A DNA stretch of 64,000 nt from a virus. The DNA is taken from IMG/VR virus record IMGVR_UViG_3300030012_004221, positions 1 through 64,000 of that record. One strand, 5' to 3'. Shown one piece after another: positions 18,757-30,074 of the stretch; the stretch's first letter is position 1; each line of letters begins with the position of its first letter. The translations under genes and the position numbers were made by a program. The notes under the pieces were generated by a model. It worked only from the letters and a program-made list of their open reading frames with translations, was not told the DNA's origin and searched no databases.

Positions 18757-19803
18757 TTAGAAGTCTAGCTTAACTCTTACAAGCAACTCCTTAGTAAAGT
18801 CTTTTAATAATGGTCTAGATAGTTTAGCTACTGCTACTAATTCTTGATTATTATTATATAAACCTACTGAGGTAATGTATACTTGTGGGTCGTTAATAAA
18901 TGAATCAAATAATACAGCTCCTGTAGAACCTGATATAAACGATGGGTTAGTTGAGTAATTAAACTCATCTGCTCTTGCTCTTACAAATACAAAATCTGAT
19001 GATAATTGTTCATTTGAATTTAAAGTCCAACCTGGGGATGTTGCTGCTGCACCACCTAAATTTAATGAATTGTAAATTTTCTGTGGGTTATTATTAGCAG
19101 TATTTGATCCTCTTACTGTACCTAAGTCAATACCACCATCAGCAAATGTTCCATCTAATGCAGGTCCGTTTAATAATATTACTCCTATGTCAGGCATAAA
19201 CCAACCATAAGAACCAGAATTTGCTGTCCAACCATTTGCATCTACTCCTGTAAATACTGTACCAGCAGAACCAGATACTAAGTTAAATATTCTACCTGCT
19301 TCTGAAAATACTGCTGCACCACCTAATTTACTATCATCTGTAAGATATAACTCATCTGATGCTCCAGATCCTGATAAACATAAGGTCATAGTTCCTGGTA
19401 GTAATTCTTCTTTATATCCTGATCTTTCTATTGGTAAAGCATAAAAATAAGATGCTGATTGGTTACCAAATACAAATGAATTTCCTTCATCTCCTATAAT
19501 TAATGATCTATATTGACCATAATTAGTTCTAGTAGGTGAAAGTCCAGCTACATTTGGGTTATATAATAAACTTCCACTTCCTTGTTCATCACAATATGCA
19601 ATTGCAAATTGAACTGATCCAGTTGCTGCAGCACCAAAGAATATATTATAATAAAACTGTCCTGTTGTACTTGCTACCTGAACTGATGACGTGAAAAAAG
19701 CCGTCATTGTAGGTGAATTATTTAACCAAACTGTATTGGTAACATTTTCGTTACTTATAAGTAAATCTCTTGGGTCTAATGTTTGAAAAGCTCCACTTGC
19801 CAT
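18757..19803 (-). CDS. Tail/baseplate structural protein (tail-fibre-collar-like C-terminus)
   Basis: C-terminal YITSVGLYNNNQELVAVAKLSRPLLK. Confidence 0.7.
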   Translation of the reverse strand: MASGAFQTLDPRDLLISNENVTNTVWLNNSPTMTAFFTSSVQVASTTGQFYYNIFFGAAATGSVQFAIAYCDEQGSGSLLYNPNVAGLSPTRTNYGQYRSLIIGDEGNSFVFGNQSASYFYALPIERSGYKEELLPGTMTLCLSGSGASDELYLTDDSKLGGAAVFSEAGRIFNLVSGSAGTVFTGVDANGWTANSGSYGWFMPDIGVILLNGPALDGTFADGGIDLGTVRGSNTANNNPQKIYNSLNLGGAAATSPGWTLNSNEQLSSDFVFVRARADEFNYSTNPSFISGSTGAVLFDSFINDPQVYITSVGLYNNNQELVAVAKLSRPLLKDFTKELLVRVKLDF

Positions 19804-19814
19804 ATTTTTTTATT

Positions 19815-20483
19815 TTATGATGTTTTAGTTATGTTAATTGGAACTTGTAATCTTGCACCTGAGTCTCTACCTACTATAGTTAATAAACTAAATAGTGTTG
19901 AAGCTGCTGTACCTGTTGTACCATACAAAGTATTAACTCCTGTTGCTACAAGTGTACAAGTCTGTCCAATTACTGTTTTAGATACATCTGTTCCATTTGT
20001 TGATGTTGAATTTAATGCAAGTGCTGCGTCTGTATCAATACCAGATCCAATTACAGAGCTAAATTGTCTAACATCACTTACAGTAAATACATATCCTGAT
20101 GATTCAACTACTGAGTTATTACCTAGATAATTTAATGTTTGTGGTTGAATTGTTGTTTGAGCTGTTTGAGCTAATTTAATTAAACCTAAACCAATATCAA
20201 GTATTGGCATTTTAGCTGTATCTCTTGGTAAAGTAGCTAATTTATATTTTAGCATTTGGTTTTCATCTGGGAATGCTTCTAACAATGGCATATTTTGGAT
20301 AGCTTCTCCATAAAATGCAGATCCTGAAGGGTTATTTGGATTATATAATGTATAATCAATTTCATCATCAGATAAGGCAAATTGTGTAATGTTAAAAGAA
20401 CCATCTCCTCTTGCCAAGAGTTCCCTTCCTTTTGTTGTTAAGATAGCATCTACTGTTACTACCTGATTATTTAAATATCCCAT
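19815..20483 (-). CDS. Tail/baseplate structural protein
   Basis: DAILTTKGRELLA...FALSDDEIDY, resembling tail-fibre N-terminal collar motifs. Confidence 0.7.
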   Translation of the reverse strand: MGYLNNQVVTVDAILTTKGRELLARGDGSFNITQFALSDDEIDYTLYNPNNPSGSAFYGEAIQNMPLLEAFPDENQMLKYKLATLPRDTAKMPILDIGLGLIKLAQTAQTTIQPQTLNYLGNNSVVESSGYVFTVSDVRQFSSVIGSGIDTDAALALNSTSTNGTDVSKTVIGQTCTLVATGVNTLYGTTGTAASTLFSLLTIVGRDSGARLQVPINITKTS

Positions 20484-20500
20484 GTTTAATGTATTTTAGT

Positions 20501-20508
20501 TATAAATA
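20501..20508 (-). promoter_or_regulatory. Late motif TATTTATA
   Basis: Upstream of ATG 20483. Confidence 0.6.
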
Positions 20509-20563
20509 TATAATTTTTTAGTTTCTATTCCAAGTTATAGTTTAAATTTGTTGATTTAGGTGA

Positions 20564-23500
20564 TTATGGTACTGGGTCTGGTAATTCTGAATCATCTCTA
20601 AATGCATTTTTAAGTTTTAGTTGGTTAATTAATGTTAAAGCGTTTCTTTTTTGTTGTGGTGTAAAATCATTTGGTATTAAGAATCCACCACCTGATCCAG
20701 TTGTTGCTCCTACACCTATTGTTGTTGGTGGTGTTTGGTAAACAATTACTCTATCATCGGCATTTACTCTTCTTCTAATTGTAAATTGTCCTATTAATCC
20801 CCCAATTACATTTTGTTGAGATGGATCTGGGTAAACAAAAACTTTATTTCTAATATTATCTTGTTGTGCTAAAGGTGACATTGCTTCTGCTGCAAAACAT
20901 TGTGAACTATCACAATATGAAGCACTAAATAAACCTGCTGCTGGTACTGAGGGTCCAAACGATCCAGTTATAGATGTTACGTGAAATACTGTTGTTTTAA
21001 AAACTGGGTCACTTTGTGCAGAAAACTGAGTGTTAGATATATAAGTACATTCTATTTCATCATTTACTTTTATTAAGAATGGTAATGGTGCATCTGCTTC
21101 TTTATATCCACCTAAAGTACTTCCCGAGAAGTCTTGTCTCCAATAAAATTCACTATCTTCATTATTATTGTCACCCACAGCAAATGATGCTGATAGTGCT
21201 TGTGGAATACCAGGTATTACCATTGTAGGAACTCCATCATCGTCTAATAATGCTCTAAGTGATTGACTTACACAATGGTTCATACTATTTACAATAGCTA
21301 ATCCAGGACCAGATACAAATTGTGTATTTTCATCTCCTTTAGTTGAAAACGCAGCTTCAAAAATTCCTCCAGCACCTCTTAAAAATAAACAATTACTTCC
21401 TGTTGCTAAAAACCCATCAGGAGTATTAACACCTGATACTGCTAGTGATGCAGAAACATCTGCAAAACTTTCATTACTATCATTAACCCAACTTGCAGTA
21501 AAGAAAGACATGGTAGGAGTAAAAGTTGGGTATCTAAATTCGTTTGGTGGGCCTGTTTTTCCAGTTGTAGCAGCTCCAATTGTTTGCATTTCTAAAGCAC
21601 CTTGGAATATAACATTATCACCTGTTTTTAATTTACCATAATCAACTGATTTAAATTTAAGTGAATCATATGCTACAGCTACTTTTCTATCTAATTCAAA
21701 TGTACTTCTAACTTCAGTTAAATTATTTCCACTACCGTCTACTTTAATAACTTCTGGGGTTTGAGGTGCTTTTCTACCTAATACACTAGATGTAGGGGAT
21801 TGAATTAATGATTCAATTTCAAATGTATAAGTTCCTGGTAGGTTTAAGTTATTATATGATGATTTAAATCTAGCAAAATAAATTGGGTTTTTATTAATTA
21901 CAGCTTGATTAGCATAACTATTATCTCCAGGCCATGTTGATTGTGATACTACACTACCACTTAAAGCGTTTAAGAATGTAATACTTGATGTTGCTGGAGT
22001 ATAGAAATTATAATCAGCACTTTGTATTTCACTACCTACGTATCTAGGATTAATTATTCTAGTTTTAGTATAATTACTATCTGGTACCTGAGCTTTTTCT
22101 GCTGTTCTTTGTACTATTGGTATAATATTTGAAGGTGTATCTTCCCCATCATCATATTCAACTTTCATAATGTAAGTATTTTTAATACTTGAAGATGCAT
22201 TATTAATTAATGGGTTAAATGCTGTATTGTAAAATTCATCTTGGTTAGGTGCTGTTGGATCGAATGCTATAAATTGTGAATTTGCAAATGAAGATGAATA
22301 TATACCATTGTTAGCTGTTTCAAGTGAAAGTGTACCAAATGCCTCACTACTACCTTTGTTTGTTGTCCACTCATCACCATTACTGTTTCCAAATCCTCCA
22401 TTTATTATAGTAAATGTAGCAAGTCCTCCAGATCCTACAACTGAATCTACTCTAATTATTATACCAGTATCAGTTCCTGTGGTAACATTAAGTACTGAAT
22501 ATTCTTGACCAACTGAAAATCCACCTCCAACATTATCAATAGTTAAAGCTCCAGCAGCTGTTGAAACATATCCTTCAGCTGATCCGCTTAATACTCTAGT
22601 ACCATTTCTACCGAGTGAATTTGCTTCATATGCAAAACCTATTGTTGAACCTTCGTTATTTGATACAATACCTTTTATTTGATTATAAATTTGTCTAAAT
22701 CTACTTCCTGATGTATTAGTCCAATCTAAAAATGGTTCACCACTTTGACTAACATTTAAATCAAAGTTAAAATCAACATTTGGGTTTAATAATGTAGATA
22801 CATTATCAACAAGATTATTTTGACTATCTATACTAAATCTACTAAATACTAAAGCTGATGGTACCCAATTTCCAATATCATGAAAATATGATGAGGTAAA
22901 GGATGTTCCTAATAAAAATAAACTACCTGTTCCAGGTGCATAAGATGCTGTTGCAATTGTATCTAGGAAATTTTGTTGTTGAGCTGCAAAAGTACTAAAA
23001 TTAAATGGTAAATTTACTCCTTTTTCATTACCTACACCATCACAAACAATAGTTACAAAAGAAGTACCCGATCCAGCTCCTCCTGGTTTAGTACCATCAT
23101 TAGCTTCTAATCTTATTGGTCTACCTTTTTCTAAAGATGTATTTGGGAATCTATAGTATACATAATCCTCTGTACCTAAAGCAGCATCACTTACCTGTGA
23201 ACCAGTAGCATCAAGGAAGTCTCTTTCTACAATACGGGTTCTTCCAAAATACCCAGAATGAAGTATTCCTGAATTTAAATTTCCTAATAATCCAGTGTTT
23301 AAGAATGACCAAGTTTTTCCTGATGTGTTTGGATTTGCTATGGACATTTGAGTAAATTTTATAAGAGGATTAGTTTGGTTAAATCCGTAAATAACTGTTC
23401 CATCATCTTCAAATTGTGGGTTAGTCCAAGTTGAATACATATCAGTTTCATCATGTGCCCCAAATGATGGGAATGGTACTAATAAATCTGATCTAAATTC

Positions 23501-26500
23501 ACCTGATGTTGCTGCTAAATCTGCACTCTCTGCCTTTGCCCCATCTGGATCTCTAATAACTTGCATTGGCAATATTAAACTATATATAAAGTGATTTTCT
23601 GCATTTGTACCTGATTGTACAATAGCTAATGCACCTGTGTTTGTAGTAGGTGTTAATACTCCATCGAAAAAATCACCTTTAATACTACTTAAAGCAGCAT
23701 CAGCAGAATCATATTCATATATTAACATCCTCATTCCAAATAATGCTGTTGATGTAACTGGAGAATCTAATCCATTATATTGATCTATTATTAAATGATA
23801 AGTTGTATCTGGCATTGGTGCTCTAGCAAATGGATTATTTAATAGTGATTGGGTCATTGCTACAACCTCACTTCCACTATATTCCCCATTAAAAAATTGT
23901 TCTTGATAGCCATTCCATTCTAATACACTACCTGATATGGTTTCATATTCATCAAACCATCCTTGTTGTGAAACTGGATCCCCTATAAATTTACCTATAC
24001 TTCCTGAGTGTTCATCTTTTAAATCACCAAATCTAAGGAATGTATTTGTAAAAGTATTTTCAGCACCTTGCATTATAAAATTAAAAAACAATCTTTCATC
24101 AGGGAAGAATTCTAAATATGAAGATGTATGAGTTAATTCAGTTGGATTAGGGAATGTCTCTGTTTGGTTATATATAACTCCTCTTTTACTTGAAGTTATT
24201 TGGAATTGAGGTTCAAGATCTGCTCCATCTGAAACTCTAGTCATATCAAACTGAACTTTAGATTTTATATGTTTTGTTGTTTTTAAACAACTACTTCCTG
24301 GGGTATTTCCTTCGAGATCGTTAAGTTTTTGAATGTAAACATTATTAAGATCCATTGTAACTCTATTACTAGAGCCAGTCATTTGGAATCCAGCTTGTAT
24401 AAAACTCTGTAATTCTCCCTCAGGTGCTAATGCAGTTTCAGTAGAAGAACTATAAAAGAAAGATCCTGAATTTGATAATGGAATTTGTGATGTTGAACCT
24501 GTAATGCTAACTGTACCACTTTGTGTAAAATATGTAAAATCTACTGGGGTAGAATAAAATGCTGGACCACCTGTAAATGTTGGTATAGCACCTGAGTAAG
24601 AACCTAAAGGTATATTAGCATTTAACTCTAAATTTTGAAATACTTGAGCTACATTTAATGTATTAGCACCCCAAGCTGTGTCTGTTCCTTCAGTACCATA
24701 AACTCCTGTTCCATAAACTCCTGTACCATATAAAGCTCCTGTATCAGCTGATGATGTAACAAACGAACCTGATGTTCCAAAAGCTATTGTTGTATTTGGC
24801 GTTATTTGTACAGCTGGGCGACGATTACGCTCCAACATATGTTGTTTGATTATAACACCTGTAGTTACGCTAGAACGCGCAGGTACATATGATTTAATTG
24901 CTTTAAATAATGAATTATCAAAGTATTTTATTAATCTAATATAATCCCAAACATTACCTTGTGTGTATTTTTTAAAGTAATCTTCTGCTGTTTCTCTTAG
25001 TTTTGGATAAAAATAATCAGATGAAGTTATAAATCTTGGATCTGCAATAGCGTCAGATATTACTCCATGACCATATGTAGCTATAATGTCATCATTTACT
25101 TCATCCTGAGGTGAAAATCCTACTTCTAAATTATTAGTATCTTCAGTATAACTTTTACTTATTTTATAATTTTGATCTATACTTATTTGTCTTGATAATA
25201 CATTACCATAAGCATCTCCATCTTCAACTTGTATTTTATTTGATATTCTATTTCTAATTCCTATTGATGGTTGATCTAATTGATAAACTTCATAATTAGG
25301 TTTACTATAAGTTCTACTATTAAGATTGTAATATATAATCCAATCATAACTTGATGTTACTGTAGAATTAGCTGGGTTTATAAATGAACCTGTTATTACT
25401 AATGGAGCTGATCCTGTTATTGCTGGGTGTGAAGAGGTAATTTGAACTGTATAAGGATCACTACCAGATGATGTAAATAATTGTTCTAATTCATTTCCTA
25501 AAGGTGCTCTAAAGTTTACTATATCAAATGATGATTGTGAACCTGTGATTGCATTACCTTCAACTGATTCAGGATTCATTACAAAATCATGAAATACTGA
25601 CTCACTAATAGCATTTGAATAGTATCTAAATTCTTGGAATGATCCTGAAAATATTTTACTTGATGGATTAGTTATAGCTGTAAACCCATCACTTCCACCT
25701 GATCCACTTTTTACTGTACCTACATTAGATCCTGATATATAACCACCTACATAAACTCCATTAGGATCACCTACTCCAAATGCATTCCAAGATTCATTTA
25801 ATGATGATGAATTACCAGGGTCAGAAATAGTTATACTTGCTGATCCTGTCCATCCTATAGTATTACCATCATCTCCATTATATTGATTATTAGCTGCAAA
25901 TAAAGTATATGTTGTTGCAGATGTATTTAAACTTTGACTTACGTGTGTATCTCTTTGTAGTAAAACTGACCACCAACCTTTATTAAAGAATGGTAGATAT
26001 ATTTTTGGAGATTGAACTGTACCACCTTCACTTTCAGAACCTGATAAGAAAAATGATAAATTTCCATACTCATAAAAATTACTAAAACTAGATCCACTAT
26101 ATGAACCTGATGGTTGTTCATCATATTGTAATGATATAGCCCAATCTACTTTATTGTCTGCTGTAGTATTTGATTTTTTAGATAAAATGGATTGACTAAA
26201 ATTAGTACCAGCAAAACTAGAAGATGGGAAACCTGTAGTTTTAAATCTTACAGCTACACCATCTGGTACTATAAATTCATTATCACCTGCTTCTGTTACA
26301 TTAGCTATATGGTTTCTTTCTAATGGCATCCATGGTACTAAAACAGATGAACTAGCTAAATACTGTGTTGCTACAGGAGTATAGGCATAACTAAATCTAT
26401 TATACCATAAATCATAATCATTACTATTATCTCTATTTTTACCTCCAAACTCATTAATTCTAAGTATAGTATTTGGTATACCCCAAATATTAATTAATTG

Positions 26501-28510
26501 TCTTAAACCAGATATTGTACCTTTCTTTTTAGTAAGATAAGCCATATTATGGAATAGACGTTTATAAATTTCTTTACTTACTTTATCTATAGCATAAGGG
26601 AAACCTGGGTTTATAATTGATTCTACATAACCTTCCCATGAGTATTCTGGGTCCCAATAATTTACTACTGATCCACTATTTACAGCTATATATTGTGTAA
26701 TTAATTCACTTCCTGTTGGTGGTACATAACTACCATTGTCTTCACCTGCTAAACCTATAAAATTACCTTGATTATTATAATTGTTTCCAAACGTTTCAAA
26801 TCCTAAACTTTTAATAGCATCAGCAGCTAATCCTAATGGTAATCCTTCATCTGGGTTGTTTGTTGTATTGTATCTTTCACTTAATGCTTTTGTATAAAGC
26901 CATACTTCATCAAAAGATTGACCTACCATATTAGCAAAAGTTACATAATTTTCATTTTCAGAATTTTCAACAATGTATTGTGGTATAGTATAATATAACC
27001 AATTTTGATTATTTTCATCATATAAAGATGCTGATAGAATGATACCTCCATAGTATTGGTTACTTTCAATATCACTACCTAGCCATTCTAATACTTCTGT
27101 ACTTCCTGTTGGTAATAATTCAAACGGATAGGCTGATCCTGTTTTTGGATACGCAAATACTGATGATGTGTTGTAATATAAATAAGTTTCATATCCATCA
27201 AAATTCTCTATTAAATTTGTAATATTGGTTTGTAAGCTAGCTAAACTTTGAGATATAGCAGTTACATTAGGATTAGAACCCGTTATTGAAGTTATACTTT
27301 CTATATCTGCTTCAAAAGCTTGTATTTGTGATACTTTTTCATAAAAATTATTAACTCTTTCTTTAGCAGAAGAAAAATTAACAAATTCATTATATGTGTT
27401 ATATGAATAATTAGGTGTTATAGTTACACCTCTTTGATTTAAAATATTTAAAACTTGATTTAATGATTCAGATGATTTTGTTTCTACTAAATCATTTCTT
27501 GATTTTAATGTAGTTGAATTATTAACTAAGTCTTGTAATGATATATTAATATTAGGTCCTTTAATATAAGTTGCATTATCAATAAACGTTTGTATATCTT
27601 CAGCATAATTAATTTTATAAGCAACACTTTCTCCTACTTTAGTTACTACATATAATTCATCTTTTGTTTTAAATTGAACTGGAAGGGCATCATATAGTTT
27701 AATTAATACTCTTGGTTCTACTCCTGTTTCATCTAAGATACAATTTACAGCTATTTGATAATCATTATTAAATAAACTAATATAAAACTCATCAAAATTT
27801 TCTGATGAATCTAATGATTCTTTTAAAGATTTATAACTATCTAAAATTTCATCTTTTGATATAAAATTAGATTTTAAAGCTATTTCTGTTCTATCACCTG
27901 ATATTTCTGATATATAAAAAGTTTTTTCTATACTAGATCCTAACTCATAATTAATAAAATTATAAGCTGTAAATACTTGACCAGCATCAAACCCTAAATT
28001 AAATGCATCTGTTGTTGGGTCTAATTTAATAGCATTAGTTATAGAAGATGTAGGAGGATTTTCAACTACTACGTTTTCACCTGTTTCTGCGTTTGTATAT
28101 GAACCTGTTAATAGTGTACTATCTGAATTTTTACCTATTGACCATCCTGTAAAATTATAATTTACACTTGCTAAATTTTTATCTGCATCATATACAAAAA
28201 ATTCGACTAAATTTTCTCCTTGAGTAAATGAACCTGTTATATTTTCACTTGGAATAATTTCTTGATCTTGTAATTCAAAACCATCACCAAATTCTGTTAA
28301 TGTATTAGGATTAATAGGGACACAAGAAGCACTAACAGGAATAGCAATATTATCACTTTCTACTACTTCATCTGTTTTTAAAGGTTCTACTGGGTTAGGT
28401 AATTGAATTGAAGAAGTAGTTACTAATTTTTCTTCTTTAATTTCTCTTACTCTTCCAGTTCCTCTTTCTAATGGACTTTCTTCTCTAAATTCGTCTCTAT
28501 ATCTTGACAT
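20564..28510 (-). CDS. 2648-aa baseplate wedge (gp7/P2 gpI-like) and receptor-binding-type structural protein
   Basis: LTKKKGTISGLRQLINIWG (KGT motif of the gp7/gpI family); beta-rich; located in the baseplate module. Confidence 0.75.
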   Translation of the reverse strand: MSRYRDEFREESPLERGTGRVREIKEEKLVTTSSIQLPNPVEPLKTDEVVESDNIAIPVSASCVPINPNTLTEFGDGFELQDQEIIPSENITGSFTQGENLVEFFVYDADKNLASVNYNFTGWSIGKNSDSTLLTGSYTNAETGENVVVENPPTSSITNAIKLDPTTDAFNLGFDAGQVFTAYNFINYELGSSIEKTFYISEISGDRTEIALKSNFISKDEILDSYKSLKESLDSSENFDEFYISLFNNDYQIAVNCILDETGVEPRVLIKLYDALPVQFKTKDELYVVTKVGESVAYKINYAEDIQTFIDNATYIKGPNINISLQDLVNNSTTLKSRNDLVETKSSESLNQVLNILNQRGVTITPNYSYNTYNEFVNFSSAKERVNNFYEKVSQIQAFEADIESITSITGSNPNVTAISQSLASLQTNITNLIENFDGYETYLYYNTSSVFAYPKTGSAYPFELLPTGSTEVLEWLGSDIESNQYYGGIILSASLYDENNQNWLYYTIPQYIVENSENENYVTFANMVGQSFDEVWLYTKALSERYNTTNNPDEGLPLGLAADAIKSLGFETFGNNYNNQGNFIGLAGEDNGSYVPPTGSELITQYIAVNSGSVVNYWDPEYSWEGYVESIINPGFPYAIDKVSKEIYKRLFHNMAYLTKKKGTISGLRQLINIWGIPNTILRINEFGGKNRDNSNDYDLWYNRFSYAYTPVATQYLASSSVLVPWMPLERNHIANVTEAGDNEFIVPDGVAVRFKTTGFPSSSFAGTNFSQSILSKKSNTTADNKVDWAISLQYDEQPSGSYSGSSFSNFYEYGNLSFFLSGSESEGGTVQSPKIYLPFFNKGWWSVLLQRDTHVSQSLNTSATTYTLFAANNQYNGDDGNTIGWTGSASITISDPGNSSSLNESWNAFGVGDPNGVYVGGYISGSNVGTVKSGSGGSDGFTAITNPSSKIFSGSFQEFRYYSNAISESVFHDFVMNPESVEGNAITGSQSSFDIVNFRAPLGNELEQLFTSSGSDPYTVQITSSHPAITGSAPLVITGSFINPANSTVTSSYDWIIYYNLNSRTYSKPNYEVYQLDQPSIGIRNRISNKIQVEDGDAYGNVLSRQISIDQNYKISKSYTEDTNNLEVGFSPQDEVNDDIIATYGHGVISDAIADPRFITSSDYFYPKLRETAEDYFKKYTQGNVWDYIRLIKYFDNSLFKAIKSYVPARSSVTTGVIIKQHMLERNRRPAVQITPNTTIAFGTSGSFVTSSADTGALYGTGVYGTGVYGTEGTDTAWGANTLNVAQVFQNLELNANIPLGSYSGAIPTFTGGPAFYSTPVDFTYFTQSGTVSITGSTSQIPLSNSGSFFYSSSTETALAPEGELQSFIQAGFQMTGSSNRVTMDLNNVYIQKLNDLEGNTPGSSCLKTTKHIKSKVQFDMTRVSDGADLEPQFQITSSKRGVIYNQTETFPNPTELTHTSSYLEFFPDERLFFNFIMQGAENTFTNTFLRFGDLKDEHSGSIGKFIGDPVSQQGWFDEYETISGSVLEWNGYQEQFFNGEYSGSEVVAMTQSLLNNPFARAPMPDTTYHLIIDQYNGLDSPVTSTALFGMRMLIYEYDSADAALSSIKGDFFDGVLTPTTNTGALAIVQSGTNAENHFIYSLILPMQVIRDPDGAKAESADLAATSGEFRSDLLVPFPSFGAHDETDMYSTWTNPQFEDDGTVIYGFNQTNPLIKFTQMSIANPNTSGKTWSFLNTGLLGNLNSGILHSGYFGRTRIVERDFLDATGSQVSDAALGTEDYVYYRFPNTSLEKGRPIRLEANDGTKPGGAGSGTSFVTIVCDGVGNEKGVNLPFNFSTFAAQQQNFLDTIATASYAPGTGSLFLLGTSFTSSYFHDIGNWVPSALVFSRFSIDSQNNLVDNVSTLLNPNVDFNFDLNVSQSGEPFLDWTNTSGSRFRQIYNQIKGIVSNNEGSTIGFAYEANSLGRNGTRVLSGSAEGYVSTAAGALTIDNVGGGFSVGQEYSVLNVTTGTDTGIIIRVDSVVGSGGLATFTIINGGFGNSNGDEWTTNKGSSEAFGTLSLETANNGIYSSSFANSQFIAFDPTAPNQDEFYNTAFNPLINNASSSIKNTYIMKVEYDDGEDTPSNIIPIVQRTAEKAQVPDSNYTKTRIINPRYVGSEIQSADYNFYTPATSSITFLNALSGSVVSQSTWPGDNSYANQAVINKNPIYFARFKSSYNNLNLPGTYTFEIESLIQSPTSSVLGRKAPQTPEVIKVDGSGNNLTEVRSTFELDRKVAVAYDSLKFKSVDYGKLKTGDNVIFQGALEMQTIGAATTGKTGPPNEFRYPTFTPTMSFFTASWVNDSNESFADVSASLAVSGVNTPDGFLATGSNCLFLRGAGGIFEAAFSTKGDENTQFVSGPGLAIVNSMNHCVSQSLRALLDDDGVPTMVIPGIPQALSASFAVGDNNNEDSEFYWRQDFSGSTLGGYKEADAPLPFLIKVNDEIECTYISNTQFSAQSDPVFKTTVFHVTSITGSFGPSVPAAGLFSASYCDSSQCFAAEAMSPLAQQDNIRNKVFVYPDPSQQNVIGGLIGQFTIRRRVNADDRVIVYQTPPTTIGVGATTGSGGGFLIPNDFTPQQKRNALTLINQLKLKNAFRDDSELPDPVP
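24693..24730. repeat. 15-nt tandem repeat encoding YGTGV/YGTEG
   Basis: ALYGTGVYGTGVYGTEG. Confidence 0.85.
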
Positions 28511-28521
28511 TAATTTTTATT

Positions 28522-28923
28522 TTAAGCTTCTCCTCTTGTGGATACAGCTGATGCTACATTAGAGTTACTATTTTCATTAAAATTAGCTATTACGTCAGCT
28601 ATTTCTTGTCTTACTTCTAAATTTTCAGTTCTTAATTCTGCTATTTCTTCTAGTAAGGCTTCAATTTCTTCTTTTTGTGGTTCATAATCAATATACTCAC
28701 CACTTGTTTTTACTAAATATTCATGTGAATTTATATCACCCGTTTTAGGAATTTCATAAAAAAACTTCTCATACAAGCTCCAAAAATCTTCTAATGTAGC
28801 CAAATTTAAATCAAAAAACTGAGGGTCAAGTTCACTCTGTAATTGAGTAAAATCAGTATTAACTGTTTCATTAAATTTAGTTTTATCAAAAACTGTTCTT
28901 TTTAAATCTATATTTTTACTCAT
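28522..28923 (-). CDS. Structural-module protein with coiled-coil C-terminus
   Basis: SHEYLVKTSGEY; heptad C-terminus. Confidence 0.7.
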   Translation of the reverse strand: MSKNIDLKRTVFDKTKFNETVNTDFTQLQSELDPQFFDLNLATLEDFWSLYEKFFYEIPKTGDINSHEYLVKTSGEYIDYEPQKEEIEALLEEIAELRTENLEVRQEIADVIANFNENSNSNVASAVSTRGEA

Positions 28924-30071
28924 CCATTAACTACTTTAAACATTATATTTTCATCAAAAACTTTAGTTACATCTCCTATTTTAGTTTTTACTAAAATTGT
29001 ATAGTATCTTTCAGGTTCTAAACCATTCATATATAAATCAAAATAACTTGAAGTGGCATCAGCACTAATTCTCGTATAATCACTATCGAAATCTATCACA
29101 AATTCATTTGTTTCTGTGTCTTTTACAGCATATAATGAATGTGATTCTGGAAGATAAAAATTAGTAGTGTATAAAGATGCTGTTAAAAATACTCTATCTG
29201 GGTATTTTGGCATTGCAGCAAATCTTAATCTTGGTACACTTTGAGAATAATAAGTTCCTTGATTATTAAATAATGAAATAAAACTTTCTACCTGTGGTAA
29301 TATAGTATTAGTAGATGAACCAGTATCAAATGTATAATCATTCCATCTAAATTCTAATTCAGGTGGGTATATAGTATTAGTATCAATTGAAAAATATTTA
29401 AATGTTGTTGTTGTTTCTTTTGTTCTTTTAAATTCAACTGAATCAGTATTTTTAACTAAAAATCCTTGATTAGCAAATCCATCAGTATTATCTAAAGAAT
29501 AACTATACCAAGTTTCAACTGTGTTTTTAACATCTACTAAAATATCTTTTGGATTAGCATATGTAAATACTTGAGATTGTGTTACTGGATCTAATGATGA
29601 TATATTTGATCCTGTATACCAATTTCCACCTCCCGTTACACTTCCTGAAAATGATGCTGTTACATAAGTTGCAAAACCACTTGTAGGCCATAAAGTAGAC
29701 CCAGAAAAATCTAACCAATTCCAACTTGTTCCATTTACAACTTCTGGTGCATCATTAAATTTTCCTGTTCCCATACCCCAATTACCAGCTACTGGGTAAA
29801 ATTCTAATGTTTGATCTAAATTTAATCCTGTTACTACAGCATGATAATTTCTTAAATATGCTGTCCATTCAGATTTACCTGTTCCTATTTTATTTGTTAT
29901 TACATTTGTAATTTCACTATCAGAAAATTTAAGTACATATCTACTTACTTGGCCTAAACCACTTGCTAAATAGGTTCTTGCTTCTAATAGTTCATCTCTA
30001 CCTGTGTTTCTATTTGGAAACTCAGTGTATAATGTTGCATCTTTTTCTGGGAATATTTTATATACAGCCAT
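28920..30071 (-). CDS. Virion structural protein (DNRLRE-like beta-sandwich N-terminus)
   Basis: KDATLY...NTG...SRYVLKF...FSID...PPELE. Confidence 0.65.
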   Translation of the reverse strand: MAVYKIFPEKDATLYTEFPNRNTGRDELLEARTYLASGLGQVSRYVLKFSDSEITNVITNKIGTGKSEWTAYLRNYHAVVTGLNLDQTLEFYPVAGNWGMGTGKFNDAPEVVNGTSWNWLDFSGSTLWPTSGFATYVTASFSGSVTGGGNWYTGSNISSLDPVTQSQVFTYANPKDILVDVKNTVETWYSYSLDNTDGFANQGFLVKNTDSVEFKRTKETTTTFKYFSIDTNTIYPPELEFRWNDYTFDTGSSTNTILPQVESFISLFNNQGTYYSQSVPRLRFAAMPKYPDRVFLTASLYTTNFYLPESHSLYAVKDTETNEFVIDFDSDYTRISADATSSYFDLYMNGLEPERYYTILVKTKIGDVTKVFDENIMFKVVNG

Positions 30072-30074
30072 GTC

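Noticed and set aside
20564-28510. Intein or intron in the 2648-aa gene, or a DGR target
   Set aside because: No HINT/LAGLIDADG motifs, no reverse transcriptase and no template/variable repeat pair seen
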